Below, piece by piece: positions 41,262 through 50,104 of a stretch of DNA of 64,000 nt; position 1 is the stretch's first letter; the number at the start of each line of letters is the position of its first letter. The position numbers were made by a program, and so were the translations under genes. The notes under the pieces are model-generated. The model had not been told where the DNA came from and searched no databases. It saw only the letters and a program-made list of their open reading frames with translations. The DNA is from an uncultured Shewanella sp. (GTDB lineage: Bacteria > Pseudomonadota > Gammaproteobacteria > Enterobacterales > Shewanellaceae), in the NCBI GenBank assembly GCA_947503555.1, contig CANNEE010000005.1:171951-235950 (forward strand), written 5' to 3'.

Positions 41262-41288
41262 TTTGAGCTTAAGCTTGCAATAAAGTTC
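41262..41288 (-). promoter_or_regulatory. Consensus sigmaE promoter
   Basis: GAACTT-TATTGCAAGCTTAAGC(16)-TCAAA, an exact match to the enterobacterial sigmaE core. Confidence 0.82.
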
Positions 41289-41365
41289 AAAAAATAGGCA
41301 AAAATAATTTGGTTTTTATTAACCTCTCATTAAGGTGTGAACTTTATCCTTTTTAAATTAATTGG

Positions 41366-41848
41366 TTAAAGCAAGGCTTCAATCTCATCTGCTAGCGAAC
41401 TAGGTTTCGTTTTTGGTGCAAAGCGGAATATTTTGTTGCCATCAGCACTGACTAAGAACTTGGTGAAGTTCCACTTTATTGACTTGGAACCCAGTAAGCC
41501 AGGTGCTGATTGTTTTAATAGCTCAAATAGTTCACTGGCATTATCACCATTGACTTCAATTTTGGAAAAAAGCGGGAAACTGACGCCAAAATTTAGCTCG
41601 CAAAAGGATTGAATCGCTTCTTCGTCACCTTTTTCCTGGGCACCAAATTGGTTACATGGAAAACCTAATACCATTAAACCTTGGTCTTTATAGCTTTGGT
41701 AAAGGGCTTCTAATTCCTTGTATTGGGGAGTAAAGCCACAGGCGCTAGCGGTATTTACGATCAATAGCACCTTGCCTTGATACTGTGACATATCATGTTC
41801 ATTTCCTTGAATATCTTTTACTTTGATATCGTAAATACTCTGCTTCAT
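41366..41848 (-). CDS. Glutathione peroxidase (Gpx/BtuE family)
   Basis: VNTASACGFTPQY, GFPCNQFGAQE and IKWNFTKFLV motifs. Confidence 0.96.
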   Translation of the reverse strand: MKQSIYDIKVKDIQGNEHDMSQYQGKVLLIVNTASACGFTPQYKELEALYQSYKDQGLMVLGFPCNQFGAQEKGDEEAIQSFCELNFGVSFPLFSKIEVNGDNASELFELLKQSAPGLLGSKSIKWNFTKFLVSADGNKIFRFAPKTKPSSLADEIEALL

Positions 41849-41876
41849 TTTTAATCTCCTATTAATTGATGTCAGC

Positions 41877-41908
41877 AGTATACAAATAATTTAAATTGTG
41901 TGCAATTT
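41877..41908 (-). promoter_or_regulatory. Sigma70 promoter of gpx overlapped by an OhrR/MarR-like inverted repeat
   Basis: TTGCAC(41905-900)-N17-TATACT(41882-77). The palindrome AAATTG-TGTG-CAATTT at 41893-41908 covers the -35. Confidence 0.55.
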
Positions 41909-42050
41909 TATTTTGAGCAATTATTAAGAGGAGAAAAGGAGAATGGAGAAAAGGAGTAGAGCCTAGATAAAGGGTAAAGGCGTTAAACTTGATTTAGCAC
42001 TTTGCTTGAAAAGATGAGTGAGATAGGGGAAAGCCAGTGAAAAACCTTGG

Positions 42051-42084
42051 AGCTTGCCGTAAACCTAAGGGGTTACGGCAAGCT
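42051..42084. terminator. Strong hairpin downstream of the DUF4382-like gene
   Basis: AGCTTGCCGTAA…TTACGGCAAGCT 12-bp stem; no clear U tract. Confidence 0.5.
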
Positions 42085-42098
42085 TAATACCTTAGTGT

Positions 42099-43073
42099 CT
42101 AAGGCTGTATTTCATTGAAGTCTTGAGTAGAGTCTTGCTCATTTGTTAACACAACTTCATGGAGCTGGTTAGTTGGGTTTGGTATAGCAATCTCATTGTA
42201 TTGCTCTGGATTGTCATCAACAGCACTACAAGTAAAGGCAACGGTATAGTCACCTGCTGGAATAAACCCAAATGCATAATTACCAAAGTTACCCGACTCA
42301 TAGTTGACTGCAACTGAGTTAACAGGTGCCACGGCGCCTTCTGGTAGCTCATTGGTTTGATTAATGCTTGGGTCGTAGTTATCAACTAATAGGTCTGTGT
42401 TTAAATCATGACCTGGATATAGATAGACATAGTTGCCCGTATCCGACTCACATTCACCAGCATTAAATAGATTGATATCAACTTGCCCTGATAGTGAAGC
42501 GACAGTTGCATTGTTTACTATGGTTACACCATGTGGTTTAAGGTTGTATCTTTGGCCTCCTTGGTTTTGCACCAGTGATGTACGGAGATCAAATTCGATA
42601 GTAAAACGTTGCACACCAGCACTTGTCACTTCAAAACTACCTAGGCGCAGCATTTGGCTAGGCTGTTTTAATGGCACTTGGCCTGTTTGATCGTTGACAT
42701 AGCTGACATCTAAGCCTGTTGACTCATCCAAAATATGAAGAATGAGCTCATCATATACGCCAATATCTAAGGTTTGATCGCTTAACAGTAGCGCACTATC
42801 TGAGCCTTGATAGGCAAGTAAATCAATTTGTTTATAGTCTTCACCGTTATCGCCGGATACTTCGATGATAACGTTATCTTGGCCACTGCGTGCAAGTTCG
42901 ATTTTGTCAAAAGCGATAACCACATTGTCAGCACTATCCACAGGCGCGTCGGATACTGCAAAAGAAACGGTTGCTGTGGTTGGAGTTGAGTCTGAGCTAG
43001 ATCCGCCGCAAGCGACAAGCGTTAAACTAGATAACAGCGAAAGGGCTAGCACAGGCGTAAACTTGGTATTCAT
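42099..43073 (-). CDS. DUF4382-like lipoprotein
   Basis: Lipobox LVAC-GGS; VSDAPVD, IDLL…G, FTIEFDLRTSL and YNLKP motifs typical of this family. Confidence 0.8.
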   Translation of the reverse strand: MNTKFTPVLALSLLSSLTLVACGGSSSDSTPTTATVSFAVSDAPVDSADNVVIAFDKIELARSGQDNVIIEVSGDNGEDYKQIDLLAYQGSDSALLLSDQTLDIGVYDELILHILDESTGLDVSYVNDQTGQVPLKQPSQMLRLGSFEVTSAGVQRFTIEFDLRTSLVQNQGGQRYNLKPHGVTIVNNATVASLSGQVDINLFNAGECESDTGNYVYLYPGHDLNTDLLVDNYDPSINQTNELPEGAVAPVNSVAVNYESGNFGNYAFGFIPAGDYTVAFTCSAVDDNPEQYNEIAIPNPTNQLHEVVLTNEQDSTQDFNEIQP

Positions 43074-43386
43074 AATCCATCCTTCTATCTATAGTTATGC
43101 AGATAGAAGTATAGCGTCAAAGTTGAACAAAAGTACGCCATACTGTTTTATTTGATGGCAAATTAAGCAATTTAAATCAGAAAAAAGTAAACTCGGTTAC
43201 TTTAGATAACTATGTTAAAATTTTGCTTAATTTTTCGAATGTTAAGTTTCTACTAATGTGCAAATTTGTTTAGGCTCATTATGCGAAAATTAACATTCGT
43301 TTGTATTTATGAGCCTAGACGAGCTAGTAAGGGCTGTTATCTAATAATGGCTTACTTTTGATGCAGAAGTCATTATCACAGCCGTG

Positions 43387-44742
43387 TTACCGTTGCCTAA
43401 TCATGCGTACGACGAACATGCCATCACAATCGGCTTCATGGGGCCAAATCGTTAACATCTTGCTTTGCTCTTGGGTGAAAGGGTGAGTAAGCATCTCTAA
43501 TGAAAATTCAGGGTGAAGTGCTAAAAATTCAGTTACTACGCTCTCATTTTCCTTTGTTGCCAACGAACAAGTTGCATAAACAAGCTTGCCACCAGGTTTT
43601 ACGGCGCGGCTTGAGCGGCTAAGAATATCAAGTTGCAATTCTGGCTTACTCAAGACTGCAGTTTCATCATCTGTCCAGCGCATATCTGGATTGCGTCGCC
43701 ATGTGCCCAGACAGGAGCATGGAGCGTCAACTAACACACCATCAAACAGTTTTGTTACGGGTAATGAATCTGATTGCCATGGTGCAATGTCGATATGCTT
43801 GTAGCCCGCTCTTTTAGCGCGTTTAAGTAGCTCTTTTAGTGGACCTTGGCGAATATCCGATGCTGTGATACTGCCTTTAGCCTGACTATCTTGAGCCAAC
43901 ATATGGGTTTTAAGCTGTAGACTCTTTCCACCTGCACCAGCACAAGTATCCCACCAATGCTCTTCTGGTTTTGGTGCACAGACATGGCCAATGACTTGAG
44001 AGGCAAGGTCTTGGATCTCTAATTTGCCCTCTTTATAAAGCGTCACTCCATCAAGGTTGAGGCTTTTACTACCAAGGCTCAGGGCATCGTCAAAGTGAGT
44101 CGAGGCCTGTGCAGGAACATCTTGCTTTAGCAGTTGTTTAATCGCATCGCTAACCTTGAGCCCTTGGGTTCGACACCAAATAGGTGGGCGCGTCATCATG
44201 ATGCGAATAAATTCATTATGTTTATTTTCAGGCAAGGAGATCTGCTGCCAAAACCAGTCGGGTAATAGCTGTTTGGTATCAAACTGAATATTGGAATAGC
44301 AGTTGGCAAGGTAGTTCAGCCTGTCCTCTAAACTGACGAGCCCTTGGTTATCTTCTGGTCTGATAGCGGAAACTTGTGCCCAAACATGGTGAATGTTAGC
44401 CCAAGGGTGCTTTTCTAACTGGGCGCACAGGTAGAGCTGATTGAAGTCAATTAGTCCATCTTGATTTGATGGCAGTTGCTTAAGCCAACCCCACCAACGA
44501 AACAGGCCAAAGAAAGTTTCTCTGATCACTCTTCTATCTTTAGAGCCATGCTTTTTGTGCTCTCTAAAATAGTTGGCTATCACTCTGTCGGCAGGCTGTT
44601 TGGTCTCCATCACCTGGTTAAATAGCCTAGCTATAGTGTTAGCGTAACTGACAGCGCGCTTTTGATTCGGTGTTTCAATCGTGAATTGAAATGAAAGCCC
44701 AAAAGCGTCTGCTTGAGAAGAGTCTGCTTGTGATGTCGCCAT
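43387..44742 (-). CDS. RsmB/NOP2 (Fmu/Sun)-family RNA m5C methyltransferase
   Basis: EIQDLASQ, WDTCAGAGGKS, VDAPCSCLGTWRRNPD, LVYATCS and HEADCDGMF motifs. Confidence 0.9.
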   Translation of the reverse strand: MATSQADSSQADAFGLSFQFTIETPNQKRAVSYANTIARLFNQVMETKQPADRVIANYFREHKKHGSKDRRVIRETFFGLFRWWGWLKQLPSNQDGLIDFNQLYLCAQLEKHPWANIHHVWAQVSAIRPEDNQGLVSLEDRLNYLANCYSNIQFDTKQLLPDWFWQQISLPENKHNEFIRIMMTRPPIWCRTQGLKVSDAIKQLLKQDVPAQASTHFDDALSLGSKSLNLDGVTLYKEGKLEIQDLASQVIGHVCAPKPEEHWWDTCAGAGGKSLQLKTHMLAQDSQAKGSITASDIRQGPLKELLKRAKRAGYKHIDIAPWQSDSLPVTKLFDGVLVDAPCSCLGTWRRNPDMRWTDDETAVLSKPELQLDILSRSSRAVKPGGKLVYATCSLATKENESVVTEFLALHPEFSLEMLTHPFTQEQSKMLTIWPHEADCDGMFVVRMIRQR

Positions 44743-44836
44743 TAACCTTGCCTGACTGATTAACTAGCGCGATGCGCCGTTGAATAATTAAGGGCGGCAA
44801 GTCTATCAGATTTATTACCGCCTCTCTATTGAGGTT

Positions 44837-45508
44837 TTAATAATCCAGCTCTAAGGCAAAGCAGAGATAATGCATCAGCCTTTGGCACTCGGTAAATTGC
44901 TCATTGCAAAACTGCTCAAAATTCGATGAGGTTACCTGTTTGGCCGAAATCTCTTTGACCGCAATAAAATCCTTTCGCTTTAGCTCATCAAGCAGTGGGT
45001 GAGTCTTATCAAATCCTTTGGGTGGGCGAATGAGACTATCGCCAGCCATGGTAAAGCCCGCTTCGCTTAGTTGTGAGATAGCTTTGAGATAGGCCTTGGG
45101 GTTTTCATCAATACAGGTGCGGATTTTGTTTAGGGACTTTGAATCTGGATGCCAGACGCCGGCACCAACAAAACAGCTATCGTTAGCGATATGAATATAA
45201 AGCCCTGGAGCATGAACATCCTTACCTTGAAAATGTCGAAATTGAATACCGACATTGGTTTTATAGGGTGTTTTATCTTTGCTAAAGCGGCTGTCTCTTT
45301 GGGGGCGCATAAGACTGCCACCCACTTTTTTAGCAACTGCGGTTAGCCTTGGAGAAAGCCCTTGAATGTGAGGCTGCATAGCTTCAATGAACATCAGTGC
45401 TGGGGTGCGCACTGTGTTTTCATACCTGTCTTGGTTGGCTTTAAACCATTCTCGGTTATTGTTGTGCTCTAATTCATGTAAAAACGAAAAGCTGCTTTGA
45501 GTAAACAT
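44837..45508 (-). CDS. DUF2461 / TIGR02453 family protein
   Basis: FLHELEHNNNREWFKANQ…RDSRFSKDKTPYKT…GAGVWHP. Likely start is ATG 45508. Confidence 0.88.
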   Translation of the reverse strand: MFTQSSFSFLHELEHNNNREWFKANQDRYENTVRTPALMFIEAMQPHIQGLSPRLTAVAKKVGGSLMRPQRDSRFSKDKTPYKTNVGIQFRHFQGKDVHAPGLYIHIANDSCFVGAGVWHPDSKSLNKIRTCIDENPKAYLKAISQLSEAGFTMAGDSLIRPPKGFDKTHPLLDELKRKDFIAVKEISAKQVTSSNFEQFCNEQFTECQRLMHYLCFALELDY

Positions 45509-45641
45509 AGTTGCATTAATCGTGATGTTTGATGTGGGGTAATCTAGCATTTGTGTAATCGTTATGTCTTGCTATCGGGCTGACTTTATTGCGTGTTATA
45601 GTCGCCGACAATTTGAATGAGGTAACAACCGAGGGGAAATC

Positions 45642-46088
45642 ATGAAAATTTGGGTCGATGCCGATGCCTGTCCCGCCGTGATTAAGGAAACGCTATTTAG
45701 GGCTGCTGAGCGCACTCAAACACAAGTGACCTTAGTCGCTAATCACACTATGCGAGTGCCGCCATCTAGGTTTATTAGTATGCTGACAGTGTCCTCTGGG
45801 TTTGATGTGGCCGATGATGAGATAGTCAAACGCTTGGAGTCCGGTGACTTGGTGATTACCGCAGATATTCCCTTGGCTGATGAAGTGATCACTAAAGGTG
45901 GTCTTGCGCTCAATCCTAGGGGCGAAATGTATAGCCATGAAAATATCAAGGCTAAGCTAAATATGCGTGATTTTATGGAGACAATGCGCGCCAGTGGTGT
46001 GCAAACCGGTGGCCCATCGGCATTAAGTCAGGCAGAACGTCAGGCATTTGCCAATCAATTAGATAGGCTATTAGCTAAACGTAAATAA
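45642..46088 (+). CDS. yaiI: YaiI/YqxD (DUF188) family protein
   Basis: [19 protein letters not shown] and [11 protein letters not shown] motifs. Confidence 0.92.
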   Translation: MKIWVDADACPAVIKETLFRAAERTQTQVTLVANHTMRVPPSRFISMLTVSSGFDVADDEIVKRLESGDLVITADIPLADEVITKGGLALNPRGEMYSHENIKAKLNMRDFMETMRASGVQTGGPSALSQAERQAFANQLDRLLAKRK

Positions 46089-46290
46089 GCTCAGCTCGGG
46101 ATAACGAGTGCTGTCACTATATGATACCTATGTACCTTATATGCTTAGCTCTCAAGATGGTTAGCTTAGTGCCTATTTCGAGCTGCAATTAAGTCATCTC
46201 TTTTGTATCGGTAGTGGCCAAATCTATGCTAATCGGCATCTAATTCTCGCGAATAGATATCGAACTTATACTAATAACTATCTAATCTGT

Positions 46291-46306
46291 ATTGATCTAG
46301 CTCACA
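46291..46306. promoter_or_regulatory. Possible CRP site upstream of the pseudouridine operon
   Basis: ATTGA-TCTAGC-TCACA; 8/10 match. Confidence 0.45.
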
Positions 46307-46486
46307 TATGTCGTAGAAGTAATCAGTTTCTGCTTGCTTATTACTCTGCTTTTATTTAGCGTTAAACAAAAGTTGGGTTTGCAAACAAATGTTTGGTTTT
46401 GGCTGCAGGTAAATGAGTATTCATTTTCCAGTTTGCTGGTTAAATGTTTGTTTTGCCAATAGGTGATTTTAGCAGTAGGTCTGATT

Positions 46487-47593
46487 ATGACGGAACGTGA
46501 ACAACAGATACTGGCGTTATTAAAGCAAGATCCTCTCATTGCGCAGCAAAGTATTGCTGAGCAACTCGGTATTAGTCGTTCAGCGGTTGCTGGACATATT
46601 ATGAACTTGACCAACAAGGGTGTGATTCGAGGCAAGGGCTATATCCTTGCACAGAACAAGTTTGCCGTGGTCATAGGTGGCACCAATATGGATATTTTGG
46701 GTCGCCCGAGTGGTCGTTTTCAAGCTGGCGACTCTAACCCTGGTAGCGTTAGCTGCTCCCCTGGTGGCGTTGGACGTAATATAGCCGAGAACCTAGCGCG
46801 TATCGGTTCTGATACTCGTTTAATCTCTGCTATCGGCAAAGACACCTATGGCCAGATGATTATGCAGCACTCGCAGATGGCGGGTGTTGATATGAAAGCC
46901 ATGTTGCAACTCAGTGACGCTGCGACGTCGACTTACCTTTCAGTGCTTGATGGTGAAGGTGATATGCATGTGGCAATTAATGATATGGCCATTTTAGAGC
47001 GCCTTAATGCCGAGATGCTAAAGCATCATGCAGAGCTACTACGTCGAGCCGAGCTCATTATCCTTGATACAAACTTAAGTGAAGATGCGCTCGAGTATCT
47101 ATTGAGTAACTTCGCTGACAAGCCTATCTTCGTCGATACCGTATCCTGCGCTAAGGCGGGTAAATTAAAGCCTTATCTCAGCGCCATCCATACCTTGAAA
47201 CCCAACTTGAAAGAAGCGCAGCAGCTCTCAGGCATCAATGTCGAGAGTCATGATCAGCTGCCGCAACTTGCCAACTGGTTCCATGAGCAAGGTGTCAAAC
47301 GTGTCTTCTTAAGTATGGGTAGCCAAGGTGTATTTTATAGTGATGCTAGCCAGCCACAGAGTGTCGAACAGGCACTGGTGCCAGCGATTCCCGTTGCCAT
47401 GACCAATGCCAATGGTGCAGGAGACGCGTTCCTTGCTGGGCTTGCCCATAGTTTTCTTAAGCAGTGGCCGGTTGAGCAATCAACTCATTTCGCCATGGCC
47501 GCTGCTGTTGTAGCCCTATCCCATTTGGCTACGATAAACCCCAATATGTCTGAAACCTCGGTAAACCGAGTGCTAAAGGAGTCAGTATGTTAG
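46487..47593 (+). CDS. psuK: Pseudouridine kinase-like PfkB kinase with an N-terminal winged HTH
   Basis: N-terminal [25 protein letters not shown]; [13 protein letters not shown] and ANGAGDAF PfkB motifs; overlaps psuG. Confidence 0.82.
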   Translation: MTEREQQILALLKQDPLIAQQSIAEQLGISRSAVAGHIMNLTNKGVIRGKGYILAQNKFAVVIGGTNMDILGRPSGRFQAGDSNPGSVSCSPGGVGRNIAENLARIGSDTRLISAIGKDTYGQMIMQHSQMAGVDMKAMLQLSDAATSTYLSVLDGEGDMHVAINDMAILERLNAEMLKHHAELLRRAELIILDTNLSEDALEYLLSNFADKPIFVDTVSCAKAGKLKPYLSAIHTLKPNLKEAQQLSGINVESHDQLPQLANWFHEQGVKRVFLSMGSQGVFYSDASQPQSVEQALVPAIPVAMTNANGAGDAFLAGLAHSFLKQWPVEQSTHFAMAAAVVALSHLATINPNMSETSVNRVLKESVC

Positions 47594-48501
47594 AGCAATA
47601 CCTAGATGTTAACCCAGAAGTTCAAGCAGCAATCGATGCTGGCAAGCCTGTGGTGGCATTAGAGTCGACCATTATTTCCCACGGTATGCCTTATCCGCAA
47701 AATGTGGAAACTGCGCTTAAGGTTGAACAAATTATTCGTGATAACGGCGCGATTCCTGCGACCATAGCGATTCTAAAAGGTCGCTTAAAAGTGGGTATGA
47801 CTCCAGAGGAGATCGAGTATCTAGGTAAGGCGGGTCAAGATGTGATTAAGACTAGCCGCCGTGACATTCCATTTATTGTGGCTAAGCAAGCCGATGGCGC
47901 AACCACGGTAGCCTCTACCATGATTCTGGCTGCTATGGCTGGCGTTAAGGTGTTTGCAACTGGTGGTATTGGTGGCGTGCACCGTGGTGCTCAGGAGACC
48001 TTTGACATCTCTGCTGACCTACAAGAGTTGGCGAATACCGATGTGACCGTTGTCTGTGCGGGCGCTAAGTCTATTCTGGATATTGGCCTTACCCTTGAAT
48101 ATCTAGAAACTAATGGTGTGCCAGTTGTGGGTTATCAAACCGATACATTGCCAGCTTTCTATACTCGCGAGAGTGAGTTTGGTGTCGATTACCGACTAGA
48201 TAGTGCGAAAGAGATTGCCACAGCGATGAAAGCTAAATGGGATATGGGACTTAAAGGCGGCATGGTGATCGCTAACCCTATTCCGCAAGAGTTTGCTATG
48301 GATAAAGCCGAAATCGATCAAGTGATTATCGATGCGGTTGCTGAAATGGATGAAAAAGGCATTTCAGGTAAGCAGTCGACGCCTTTCCTATTGGCTAAAG
48401 TGGCAGAGAAAACTGCAGGTAACAGCCTAAAATCTAACATTCAGCTGGTATTTAACAATGCCAAGCTAGCGGCACAAATTGCGGCCAACTATAGCGCTTA
48501 G
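47587..48501 (+). CDS. psuG: Pseudouridine-5'-phosphate glycosidase
   Basis: [49 protein letters not shown] and GAKSILD motifs. Confidence 0.96.
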   Translation: MLEQYLDVNPEVQAAIDAGKPVVALESTIISHGMPYPQNVETALKVEQIIRDNGAIPATIAILKGRLKVGMTPEEIEYLGKAGQDVIKTSRRDIPFIVAKQADGATTVASTMILAAMAGVKVFATGGIGGVHRGAQETFDISADLQELANTDVTVVCAGAKSILDIGLTLEYLETNGVPVVGYQTDTLPAFYTRESEFGVDYRLDSAKEIATAMKAKWDMGLKGGMVIANPIPQEFAMDKAEIDQVIIDAVAEMDEKGISGKQSTPFLLAKVAEKTAGNSLKSNIQLVFNNAKLAAQIAANYSA

Positions 48502-48521
48502 CCGCTCAACTCTTTGCCATT

Positions 48522-48555
48522 AAAAAGCCCCCTAATCTGATTAGGGGGCTTTTTT
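48522..48555. terminator. Bidirectional terminator between psuG and the EEP gene
   Basis: AAAAAGCCCCCTAAT-CTG-ATTAGGGGGCTTTTTT. Confidence 0.9.
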
Positions 48556-48615
48556 GTTTGCTCAAGCCAATAACGAGTTTTTAGACTTGAGCAATAAGCT
48601 GATAACGGTTAGAAC

Positions 48616-49842
48616 CTATTTATCTAGCTGGATATCAACCCACACTAGGCGGTGATCTGAAGTGACACTCTTACCTTGCTCACCTTCAGCATTTTCAAAT
48701 AGGTATCTGTGTTCGCTACCTTTTGGCTCCCAGTAAACACCAGAATCAATAACCTTAAGATCGGCAGAAGGTAGTACATAGTCTAATCGCAGTGGGAATA
48801 GCTGGGTCCAGCTGTCAGCAACACCAAAGTAGGCTTTGTCGGTTTGGTATTCGGCCGCACCTTTACTCTGTGGTAGGTAATTACCTACAGCCACTTCTTG
48901 AGAAACACGGCTGTTGCTTAGCAGTGGACGAATGGCAAAGTTGTAAGAGTCACCATCGACAGGATCGGCGTTTAAGTCACCCGCGATAACGAAAGAAGCG
49001 TCGGTTGCAAGACCGCCTTTCACGCCTTTGTCATCGATAAGGTAAGCTGACTTTGTCACATCATCGCTGACATAGTCAGAGAATAGACGCAGCTCATCAT
49101 AGTTTCTGCGACCATTTCTATCTTCTGGGCCGTCAAATACTGGTGGTGTTGGGTGCATAGCCAGTAGGTGAATCGTCTTGTCGCCAATGGTGACAGGTAG
49201 GTCAACATGGTTTTTAGAGGATAGACGGAAGTCAGATAGCGCTTCTTCTGTGTAGAAGCTGCTGCCATCTTCTTTGCTTGGCAGTACTGCGCCAGGCATA
49301 TCTTTCCATAGGAATTTTTGGAAAGAGCGAATGTTATCTGTATCTAATGGGTATTTAGATAGCACGATAAAACCGTATTGACCATGGTAGAAGCCAAAGC
49401 CATAGGTATCGGCTGGTACGTTGATTTCACCGTCACCGTTAAGATCTTTGGTCGCTAACAAGCCTGTGTTGGTTGGGGCGATATAGGCGTATGGATAATC
49501 GATCGCTTTCGCGCCATTTTGTGAGACCGCAAGATAGTTTTTCTTGAAGTCATTAACACTGGTCATATCTTTGCCAACGCCGTCGTGATCGAACTCGTTA
49601 AGTAGTACGACGTCTGGGCGAATGCGCTGAAGTGTTTCGGCTACATTTTTGATCTGTTGGTTGTCGCCTGCAGCCATCTCTTCGGCTAGCTGAGTAGCAG
49701 TCTTGCGATCGAAAGATGCATTAAAGGTGGCGAAACGCACTGAGTTATTTTCTTCTACGATTGGCGCGTCATTGTCTGAACCACAGCCTGCAAGCAGTGC
49801 CATAGTGATTGCTGCCGCAGCAGCCGATTTGATTAATTTCAT
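48616..49842 (-). CDS. Endonuclease/exonuclease/phosphatase (EEP) family lipoprotein
   Basis: Lipobox LLAG-C; RFATFN, PDVVLLNEFD, HPTPPVFDG, AGDLNAD, RLDYVLPS and SDHRLVWVD motifs. Confidence 0.88.
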   Translation of the reverse strand: MKLIKSAAAAAITMALLAGCGSDNDAPIVEENNSVRFATFNASFDRKTATQLAEEMAAGDNQQIKNVAETLQRIRPDVVLLNEFDHDGVGKDMTSVNDFKKNYLAVSQNGAKAIDYPYAYIAPTNTGLLATKDLNGDGEINVPADTYGFGFYHGQYGFIVLSKYPLDTDNIRSFQKFLWKDMPGAVLPSKEDGSSFYTEEALSDFRLSSKNHVDLPVTIGDKTIHLLAMHPTPPVFDGPEDRNGRRNYDELRLFSDYVSDDVTKSAYLIDDKGVKGGLATDASFVIAGDLNADPVDGDSYNFAIRPLLSNSRVSQEVAVGNYLPQSKGAAEYQTDKAYFGVADSWTQLFPLRLDYVLPSADLKVIDSGVYWEPKGSEHRYLFENAEGEQGKSVTSDHRLVWVDIQLDK

Positions 49843-50104
49843 CCTAATTACCATCTTATAATTAATTAACTAAATTATTGTTTTATTAGTTCAGTGACCC
49901 CTGAACGGATGTCATCATACTTAAAACAAATGTGAATTCTTGCTTTATTGATCACGTTTTGTGATGACTGCTTATTTAGTGAACTTAGGGGCTATTTTGT
50001 GATTGAAAAATATTAAAAATGGGTAAAGCACAGGTAAGTAAAAGCCGACAAACAGGCTTTCACCGTATGTACACAGATTGAGTTGGCGGGTTTTAATTGA
50101 GAAT

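Noticed and set aside
40086-41288. Type I toxin-antitoxin (Ldr/Ibs/Hok-like) repeat interpretation
   Set aside because: No conserved hydrophobic toxin ORF with an RBS exists in all units on either strand, and the promoter is sigmaE-type rather than sigma70.
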